DNA from: Raphidiopsis brookii D9
GTDB lineage: Bacteria; Cyanobacteriota; Cyanobacteriia; Cyanobacteriales; Nostocaceae
Direction: 5' to 3'
DNA length: 32,000 nucleotides
Assembly (NCBI GenBank): GCA_000175855.1
Contig: ACYB01000010.1
Coordinates: forward strand, 29,464 to 61,463
The stretch's first letter is position 1. Each line of letters starts with the position of its first letter. The position numbers and the translations under genes are program-made. The notes under the pieces were generated by a model. The model was given only the letters and a program-made list of their open reading frames with translations. It ran no database searches and was not told where the DNA came from. This document shows positions 10,469-18,269 of this stretch, piece after piece.

Positions 10469-11895
10469 TTATTCAGATCTCCTTTCACGCTTCCTTAATT
10501 TCAAATCTTGGTGGATATATTGGTGCTTCATCAGTTCGTAGGTTTTACCCTCCGAGTTCTGATGACAAAATCTCCAACCCTCTTTGCAGATTGACCAGTA
10601 TTTTTTACTAATCCATCTCTTACCTTTTTGGTTGTGTCTTCGTCGTGACCAAGCTCTTAGTTTAGAGTGCAACTCAAAATCTACCTTGCCAAAAATGCGA
10701 TCGCTTATTAGGGGAGAGTAGTATTTTGTCCAGCGTTCAATTAAGGGATTAAGCCTACTGATTAGCACCGATTGTTTAGCGGATCGGTGCTGGTCAATAA
10801 TCGCTCCCAGGGACTGAGTATGGTGTTCTAGGCTTTCTTTACTAATAGAAATCAAAGTGTTATAGCTGGTGTTATAATGGGGGGAGCCTAAATCGGAGTT
10901 TTGAGATGATTTATCATGTGATTTGTCTTGAGCGACAAACTGTCTAATATAAAACCCCAAAAAGTTACAACCCACATTTCCCTGATAATCATAGAGACTG
11001 TGGGAGACCCTTATCCCTTCCCCTTTTAGCTCTAAACCCACTTCTGATAGCCATTGAGTAATAATATGCTCACACAGAATAATCACTTCCAATTCCTGAT
11101 GCACCAGTACAAATCCACCTCTGTGCTTAACAAAGTGAGGAATTACATCACAGCTAGAAGTAGTAATACCAGCTTGATTAGAATCAGCTATTAGACTAGT
11201 CAAGGACCAATTAATCCTCCGTTCCAATTCCCCCAGAGCTGCACCCAATAAAAGGGAAGGTAGGGAAAATTGTTGGTGATTGAGAAAACCCAACTTCAAC
11301 CATAATTTGATTTGTTTCCCCAGCAATGGAAAAGTATTAAGCTGCTTGAGGAAATATTCAGGGTTAACCCCCTGGAAACTTTCTTCCAACTCACCAGCTA
11401 AAACATACTTAGGTTTTTTACCACTTCCCTGCGAATAGACCTAACAGCATTATAACAAGAAATATCAGAATTAGCCTCGTGTAAACCCAAATTGAACTTT
11501 GCATCCCATTCTGGACTCATAGCCATACTAATAAGCAAAGTTAGAGCCTGGTTATATATAGCAAACACAACCAAAGAAAGATTTTCCTAACCAGTAGTGA
11601 TTTGGCAATAACAGAGATTTCCTCAGCCAAGACCAGTTTTTGTTCAGGAGAGAAAGATTTAGCACCCTGGTTTGGTGGAAATACCCCCTTCACAGCAATA
11701 CATCTTGCTGACCAAGATTTAATTAACAGCTTCTGGAGCTTATGAACCGTTTTGACATCCCCACGCTGCGAGGCTTTGTATATTCTCTTTTGCAGCTTAA
11801 AAACATGACGTTCCAGTTTTTTCCAGGGAATTTCTTGCCAGTTTACATCTGACCCAATTTCCCCGGGAACTGACCCATTTGTTTTTCCATTCCAT
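10469..11895 (-). pseudogene. Decayed intron-encoded reverse transcriptase/maturase
   Basis: RT-0 is recognisable (DVNWQEIPWKKLERHVFKLQKRIYKASQRGDVKTVHKLQKLLIKSWSA) but out of frame with the ATG at 11895. Three frame changes and in-frame stops follow. The last 306 codons (11389-10469, TTG start only) are open and keep the X/maturase block (LISRLNPLIERWTKYYSP...LRAWSRRRH), but YADD is replaced by HRGG. Confidence 0.8.
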
Positions 11896-12560
11896 CCTCA
11901 AGTTATTTTCGGCCTTGGACATTTTTACTGCTACTTAAAACCATACATTCCAACCCATCGTGTCTACGTCAGCTTATCCTTTGGCTCTCCCAAAGGCCAA
12001 TGCTTCTTAGACAATCCCTCCTACTATGTTGCTTGCGGTTAGCACCTACTCAAGTTTTCGACCTCAACTCAAGAGCTAACATAGAGGTTACTTCGTTCCT
12101 AATCTCCGTTTGGCGTTAGTTTTAGAACCTCTCTCTCCACCGGGTTACTTCTAGGGTGCAAGGTTGCAAATAATGAATTTTCCAACCCTCTTCACCATTC
12201 CCATTTTAGTTGGCTTATTGGTCATTACGATGGTTCTGTCGAAAGTTTGACCCCTAGGTCTGTTCATGACTAACTGTGCTAGAAGGGATTCCCAGTCGGA
12301 CTCTATAGGTTACCTCCGTTTATCCCCGCTTCATTCGTTTGATGGCTAGTCTCTCCAATGGGGGATATGCTTTCACCCATGCACCTTGGGGGAAGGAATT
12401 ACCTGATATTCAACAATGTTCAGGTTCACCTTCACGAAGATTAAGTTATCTGGGTTTATTCCACCCAGTGACCTATCCCTCAATCTAATGTTCGATTATG
12501 CAAGTTGTAGCTATTCTACAACTATTATCTGCACTCGTAATTAGGATTGATTTCAGATCA

Positions 12561-12743
<183 letters not shown>

Positions 12744-12960
12744 TCATATTGACTACACTCTACTGAATATAGTATAACAGAATAATGCCTGTGCCCAACC
12801 TCTTATATCAAAAGTAGGCTTAAATTTTAACGGTTATGTGAACCATTGATAATATCACTCCATATCATCAACTTTTCCTTGGCTGCAATAACAGAAAATT
12901 ACCCAAATCCTTTTGTTTTTTGGTATAAATAAATCAGAATGATATTACCAACAAGCTACT

Positions 12961-13484
12961 ATGAAAACCAAACTCCAGGTTAAACTACTCCAGTATATCC
13001 TGATTAGGGACAAAACAGCTCAAGGTTTTACTCTGCTAGAACTACTAGTGGTTATTGTCATTATTGGTATACTGTCCGCGATCGCCTTACCCTCTTTTTT
13101 AAACCAAGCTAACAAAGCTAAGGAATCGGAGGCTAAAACCTATATCAGTTCCTTTAACAAAGCCCAAACCCTATACAGGCTAGAAAATACCGGGTTTGCT
13201 ACCACTCTTAACCAGTTATCAATTATCATTCCCCCATCCACAGAGTTTTACAATTACACTATTGGGGGAGTGGCACTATTACCAACCTTACAGCAAGTGC
13301 TAAGGACCCTAACTCCCTCAAAGGGTTTAGTGGTGGAGTAACGGTCTTGTCAGCAACCGGACAAACCCAATCTGTTGCCTGTCAAACTGAACAAGTGCAG
13401 CAAATTCACCCTGTTGTTGTTCCCATTCTGGATTCTACCCAAGCCAAATGTGATGATACAAAAAATATGACCACCATGAAATAA
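12961..13484 (+). pseudogene. Type IV pilin-like protein, reading frame broken at a G5 run (13264-13268)
   Basis: It has a prepilin signal ...DKTAQG/FTLLELLVVIVIIGILSAIALPSF (G-1, F+1, E+5). After 13268 the pilin-like sequence continues in another frame: SGTITNLTASAKDPNSLKGFSGGVTVLSATGQTQSVACQTEQ...AKCDDTKNMTTMK, stop at 13482-13484, with the usual C-terminal Cys pair. One extra G would give a single protein of about 174 aa. Confidence 0.7.
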
Positions 13485-13506
13485 TAAAATAAACCCCAAT
13501 TTGAGC

Positions 13507-13529
13507 CGGAACCCCTTTAAGGGGTTCCG
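13507..13529 (+). terminator. Stem-loop downstream of the pilin gene
   Basis: CGGAACCCC-TTTAA-GGGGTTCCG is a perfect 9-bp GC-rich stem 23 nt after the restored pilin stop. The following T-tract is weak (CTCTCCCTTTTG). Confidence 0.45.
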
Positions 13530-13639
13530 ACTCTCCCTTTTGATAGCCTGTGGTAGTAATTACCGTACAAAAGCTAAAGATTGTCAATTTGTAGGAATTT
13601 TGTATGATATGCTATGAGAGTTAAAGCCGAAACTTAATG

Positions 13640-13868
13640 GTAGAAAAATCGCCCATACGGCATCTTAATGAATGCTGACTGCCAAGGCGCAGCCAACATA
13701 ATTAAAAAAGTATCGACAATATTTGGACTAGTTCTAGATGGAGTCAGTAAGGCGTCTTTGACTGCGCCAATTTAGAGTACGCTTGTGGCAGGCTTCGAGT
13801 AAGAAGTCTCTGTCCCAGCAAGATTCTAATTAATCCCCGTCGCTTTAGCGCTGGGAGAAGTCAATGGA
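13640..13868 (+). mobile_element. Orphan 3'-terminal remnant of an IS200/IS605-family (IS1341-type) tnpB including the right end (copy A)
   Basis: The residual TnpB C-terminus is KNRPYGILMNADCQGAANIIKKVSTIFGLVLDGVSKASLTAPI, stopped by a 1-nt insertion. About 90 nt of non-coding right-end sequence follows, ending ...GGGAGAAGTCAATGGA. The core 13674-13868 is about 94% identical to 20086-20279. There is no RuvC or zinc-finger coding part upstream. Confidence 0.65.
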
Positions 13869-13879
13869 TTATTTTTCTC

Positions 13880-13908
13880 TTGACCAAAATAATAGCATAG
13901 TTTACAAT
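13880..13908 (+). promoter_or_regulatory. Putative sigma70-type promoter (TTGACC-N17-TACAAT)
   Basis: TTGACC at 13880-13885, an exact 17-nt spacer, then TACAAT at 13903-13908. It starts 12 nt after the end of repeat copy A and points into an ORF-free stretch of about 350 nt before the ATG at 14262. Confidence 0.4.
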
Positions 13909-14261
13909 AGGATTTTAGTTATCAGGAATTAACCTCGAAACTATTGAGGGACTGTTAAAAGCAACCGCAATGCTAAAACAAACCCCTAACAAGACCAGCA
14001 CAAGTTGCAAGTTGTTTAAATCAGTCTAAGACGGTCCTCCATGGACTCCTCAACAAATCTCTGTCTACCGCCATTAAGAAAGCTCAAACACGGGTAATCA
14101 TCAATCCTAAGACAAATTTGCTCAAAACAAATTTGCCAGTAACCAGAAACCCAACCTACACCGGCTTCAAATAGCTGTTATGGGTTTGAAAACCTCAAAT
14201 ATTGCACAGTTTTAACTGAGCATTTACTTCAATAAATAAAATCTGAACACAATCTTTGGTT

Positions 14262-14480
14262 ATGACTCAACAAGTGATTCACCACATGGTGAAATTGCAG
14301 CGTAATGTTCAATCATTAGTAGAATCGAATATTATCAAGCCTAGTGACAGTATATGGAAGATTGCCTTTCTATATGCTGATGAATGGAAATACTGGAAAC
14401 AAGAGCTACTAGACTTTGGTTTTAGTATGCAAGATCCCATCGGGGATCTATTAGCAGTAGAAACCTGGGACGAAGATTGA
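14262..14480 (+). CDS. Small conserved cyanobacterial protein, DUF4327-like (paralogue 2)
   Basis: I start at the ATG at 14262, because the track's 14256 start is a TTG. The C-terminus DPIGDLLAVETWDED parallels DRIGDLIGREQWEND of the 2052-2288 ORF, and the length is similar (72 vs 78 aa). Confidence 0.5.
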   Translation: MTQQVIHHMVKLQRNVQSLVESNIIKPSDSIWKIAFLYADEWKYWKQELLDFGFSMQDPIGDLLAVETWDED

Positions 14481-14600
14481 GACTAAAGTCAACATCCACA
14501 ATTAACATTCCAACAGTGCTTGAAAACGTTTCCCCGGTAGTGGTTGGGTCACTCTCTCAATCACCTTCTGAATTTTCGGTGTATGGATGAGTAATAGAGA

Positions 14601-15983
14601 CTAAGAATTTATTTTATTCTTTATTTTTTGCTTCAACCGGTACAAAATAGTATTTTTTTCTACCTGGGTCAAAATTTCCTCAATTACAGTGTTAGCACCT
14701 AACCTTCCCCAGCTGCAACCATTTTCTAAATATACTTGTGCGGCTTTTCCTACAGCATAAGCACCGTAGGAAGCCACACCAGACTGGGCCAGGGCACCAC
14801 CAGCAAAAGTAGTAATGTTTATAGAATTTTCACCAGTTACTGCTGCTGCACTTTTACCCATGCCCAGAACTAGATTACTAGCTACTTCTGAAAGTAATAG
14901 ACCTCCAGAACTCAAGAGGATACTTTTTAATAACTTAGTCGCTTCATAGCTAGTCATAGGGAGGGAATATAATCTAGCCAAAGAACGAATTAAAGCTAAA
15001 TCAGTAATTAGACCACCAATAACATCTAAAAAAGCAATGGGATTTAGAGCAATAGCTAAGGCCTTATATTTACAGAATCGCCAAATCAACTCCTCTGCTT
15101 CTTGTTGACGAAAATGCAAGGTTTTTTCCGCCATAATTGCTTCCGATTCCCTAGCTTGTACCAGTGCATTCAAAGCCAAAAGCGATCGCCCTTCCCGATT
15201 TAGTATATTCAGAATAGTTTGCTTTAGCTGTTGTACTTGAGGTTTGGGGGTTTCCCATTCATAACTGATCCTACCATCTGCATATTCCACCCTGACTTCC
15301 ATGGGTGCAGGTTCAGCAGCTACCATCACAATCTCATCTGGTAATAACGGATCACTTTGCTGACCGTCCGTAGCTGCTCCTAAAACTTGTAAATTGCGAT
15401 AGATTGTGCTTTTATCAGTATCTGGATACAAATCTATTTTATTAAACACTAAAATCAGAGGTTTTTGGGCTTGTCGTAATTCCAGTAAAGCTTGGTACTC
15501 CGTTCTAGTAATATCTCCGGATACAACAAATAGAATTAAATCAGCCTTTTGTGCCACAGTGCGAGCCATTTCCCCGCGAATTTCTCCATTGATTTCATCC
15601 AAACCAGGGGTATCAATTAATTCAACACATACCTTAATACCTGGTTGCCAACGGAGGGAGCGGGGCCATTGAGTGACACCATTAAGAGGTCCTGTTTCCA
15701 GGATTTTTTCCCCCAGGAGGGAATTTAACACAGCAGACTTACCACGACTGACCAGACCAAAAGCAGCTATTTTGATCAGATTTGAGTCCAGCTTGTGCAG
15801 GGTAGCATTGAGTATTTCTATTTGAGGTTTAATCAAACTTGCCAAGTCTGGTTTAGACGATAAGTGTCCTGATTTACGAAGATAGGTATACCAAGACAGA
15901 GTTTGTTTGATGCTGGCACGAGCGCGACTTAGATGGGTTTCTTGGGAAACTACTCGCGACTGAAATTCCTGCATTGTGAACAC
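14601..15983 (-). CDS. GTP-binding protein with a C-terminal membrane-associated DUF697-like domain
   Basis: G1 is GLVSRGKS, G3 is DTPGLD and G4 is NKID. The C-terminal third is hydrophobic and Gly/Ala-rich, as in the YcjF/DUF697 type. Confidence 0.75.
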   Translation of the reverse strand: MFTMQEFQSRVVSQETHLSRARASIKQTLSWYTYLRKSGHLSSKPDLASLIKPQIEILNATLHKLDSNLIKIAAFGLVSRGKSAVLNSLLGEKILETGPLNGVTQWPRSLRWQPGIKVCVELIDTPGLDEINGEIRGEMARTVAQKADLILFVVSGDITRTEYQALLELRQAQKPLILVFNKIDLYPDTDKSTIYRNLQVLGAATDGQQSDPLLPDEIVMVAAEPAPMEVRVEYADGRISYEWETPKPQVQQLKQTILNILNREGRSLLALNALVQARESEAIMAEKTLHFRQQEAEELIWRFCKYKALAIALNPIAFLDVIGGLITDLALIRSLARLYSLPMTSYEATKLLKSILLSSGGLLLSEVASNLVLGMGKSAAAVTGENSINITTFAGGALAQSGVASYGAYAVGKAAQVYLENGCSWGRLGANTVIEEILTQVEKNTILYRLKQKIKNKINS

Positions 15984-16075
15984 TAGGTGACCGATTAAAT
16001 TTAGCTTATCATGTAGGTTAGGAAGTGTGTCCTGATGATCAAAGTCATGGAGCTTGTCCTTCCCCAGTTAAACTT

Positions 16076-16483
16076 ATGAATATGGTAAATTCCCCAAATC
16101 CTAAATCCTTTGTGTATACTCGAAAAACACTATCCAGAGCAGAGCGAGCCCTCATTTGTTCACCCTTTCGCCTCAAACTCTTTCGAGATATGCAAAGTCA
16201 AAGTATTCCCCAAGGAGCGATCGCTACGGTAAATGGTGTCCAACAGGGTTATACCCAAGTTAGTCTCTCAGGGTTAAGATGTGATAATGCTTTGGGTTGG
16301 TTGATTGAAGTCGGGGTATTGCGTCGAGAAGTTGATGGACAAGGAATCACTGATCGATTTCGTCTCACACCCCTTGGTCATCAATTGGTGGAAAAATTTG
16401 CCCACCAACCCTGGACTACAGCTTCATGGGGCGATCGCCTGCAGGATGCTATAACTCGTTGGTTGCGTCTACCGTCAATCTAA
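16076..16483 (+). CDS. Conserved hypothetical protein
   Basis: The ORF is open from a GTG at 16025. I prefer the ATG at 16076 (MNMVNSPNPK...), which leaves a 92-nt divergent intergenic region with the GTPase gene. Family not confidently recognised. Confidence 0.5.
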   Translation: MNMVNSPNPKSFVYTRKTLSRAERALICSPFRLKLFRDMQSQSIPQGAIATVNGVQQGYTQVSLSGLRCDNALGWLIEVGVLRREVDGQGITDRFRLTPLGHQLVEKFAHQPWTTASWGDRLQDAITRWLRLPSI

Positions 16484-16498
16484 ACTCCGGATGGAAGT

Positions 16499-18016
16499 AT
16501 GAAATCAATTATGGTGGTGGGAACAACATCCCACGCGGGTAAGTCCTTAATCACAACAGCTTTGTGTCGTATCTTTTCTCAAAAGGGATGGCGAGTGTCT
16601 CCCTTTAAAGGTCAAAATATGGCTTTAAATGCCTATGTCACGGCCAATGGTGGAGAAATAGGTTACGCTCAAGCTGTACAAGCTTGGGCAGCTAAAATAC
16701 CTCCAATGGTAGAAATGAATCCAATTTTACTCAAGCCTCAAGGAGATATGACTTCTCAGGTCATTATTAAGGGAAAAGTTGTAGGTAAGGTTAGTGCTAC
16801 GGATTATTATGAACAGTATTTTGAAATAGGTTGGCAAACGATCCAAGAGTCTCTAAAACAATTAAGCTCGGAATTTGATTTGATTGTTTGTGAAGGTGCT
16901 GGAAGTCCTGCAGAAATTAATCTCAAGCATCGAGACCTAACTAACATGCGGGTAGCCAAATATCTGGGAGCATCCACTATTCTCGTAGTTGATATTGATA
17001 GAGGTGGAGCTTTTGCTCATGTGGTTGGTACCCTGGAATTGTTAGAACCAGAGGAACGAGATCTAATCAAGGGAATAATTATCAATAAGTTCCGAGGAAT
17101 GCGTTCTCTGCTGGATCCGGGAATTACATGGTTAGAAGAACGGACGGGAATTCCAGTAATTGGGGTGATACCATACATTTCAGAAATATTCCCCGCAGAA
17201 GATTCCCTAGACTTATTGGATCGCAAATCCAGTAAAAAATTTCAATCTGATTTGAACATAGCAGTTATCCGATTACCAAGAATTGCTAATTTCACCGACT
17301 TTGATCCATTGGAATCGGAACCAACAATATCGGTGAAATATATAAGTCCTAAACAGGAGTTAGGATATCCTGATGCGGTAATTATTCCAGGGACAAAAAC
17401 CACCATAGCAGATCTAATTGTGCTGCAAAAAAGTGGTATGGCGGAAGCAATTCAACAATATGCGGCCAGTGGAGGTACAGTTTTAGGTATCTGTGGTGGG
17501 TTTCAAATGTTAGGTCAAGCAGTAGCAGATCCAGAAGGAATCGAGGGTCCACCTGGGAAATATCAGGGATTAAACCTATTGCCAATTAAAACCATAATTA
17601 CAGGACAAAAAACCGCTCGTCAGCGTCAGGTAATTTCCAATTATCCCCAGATGGGTCTACCCATACGGGGATTTGAAATTCACCAAGGACGTTCTCGCGT
17701 GGAAGAACCCACTGATAAATCCACTCGTGAATCCCCCTGTCAACCTCTATTTGATGATGCTAATTTAGGTTTAGTAGATAATTGTCAATCAATTTGGGGT
17801 ACTTATTTACACGGAATTTTTGATAACGGAGCTTGGAGACGCAGTTGGCTAAATCGTCTTCGTCAACAGCGCGGTCTCAAGTCTTTGCCCACTGGTGTTG
17901 CCAATTACGGAGAACACAGAGAAAAGATTTTAGATTCCCTAGCTACTGAAATTGAAAGCCATTTAAATCTGATTCCCCTCGCTTTATCTCACCTTTCTAC
18001 TGACCATGACGATTAA
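16499..18016 (+). CDS. cobQ: Cobyric acid synthase
   Basis: 505 aa. N-terminal MVVGTTSHAGKS P-loop of the CobQ/CobB/MinD type, CEGAGSPAEINL, and a C-terminal GATase with GICGGFQMLG and ...YLHGIF. Confidence 0.9.
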   Translation: MKSIMVVGTTSHAGKSLITTALCRIFSQKGWRVSPFKGQNMALNAYVTANGGEIGYAQAVQAWAAKIPPMVEMNPILLKPQGDMTSQVIIKGKVVGKVSATDYYEQYFEIGWQTIQESLKQLSSEFDLIVCEGAGSPAEINLKHRDLTNMRVAKYLGASTILVVDIDRGGAFAHVVGTLELLEPEERDLIKGIIINKFRGMRSLLDPGITWLEERTGIPVIGVIPYISEIFPAEDSLDLLDRKSSKKFQSDLNIAVIRLPRIANFTDFDPLESEPTISVKYISPKQELGYPDAVIIPGTKTTIADLIVLQKSGMAEAIQQYAASGGTVLGICGGFQMLGQAVADPEGIEGPPGKYQGLNLLPIKTIITGQKTARQRQVISNYPQMGLPIRGFEIHQGRSRVEEPTDKSTRESPCQPLFDDANLGLVDNCQSIWGTYLHGIFDNGAWRRSWLNRLRQQRGLKSLPTGVANYGEHREKILDSLATEIESHLNLIPLALSHLSTDHDD

Positions 18017-18245
18017 TATTCGCTTTTTACCAGATAATGTTACCGTTAAAGCCACAATAGGAGAATCCCTATTAGATGTGGCAGAAAGAGCAGGCGTGTG
18101 CATACCCACCGGTTGTTTAATGGGGACTTGTCATGCTTGTACTGTGGAATTGGGTGATGGTGAAGTTATCCGTGCCTGCATTACACCTGTTCCTCCAGTT
18201 ACGGAGGAATTAACCATACATCTTTTTACCGATCCTACCTGGTAG
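18006..18245 (+). CDS. Small 2Fe-2S ferredoxin-like protein
   Basis: 79 aa. Cys ligand pattern C-x4-C-x2-C (CLMGTCHAC) plus a later Cys (ACITP). The ATG overlaps the cobQ stop region by 11 nt. Confidence 0.7.
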   Translation: MTINIRFLPDNVTVKATIGESLLDVAERAGVCIPTGCLMGTCHACTVELGDGEVIRACITPVPPVTEELTIHLFTDPTW

Positions 18246-18269
18246 AAATGCTAATGTAGATGGGTAAAC

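Noticed and set aside
10369-10611. 80-aa plus-strand ORF between the two halves of the trxR-like gene
   Set aside because: It runs antisense across intron domains V-VI and the end of the maturase remnant. The group II intron explains the region completely.
13674-13868. Compensatory base changes between the two repeat copies as evidence for a conserved omega-RNA fold
   Set aside because: I tried pairing GGCTTC/GAAGTC and CCCCG/CGGGG. The substitutions between copies disrupt the candidate helices in one copy or the other instead of compensating. Two sequences are too few to support any claim about structure.
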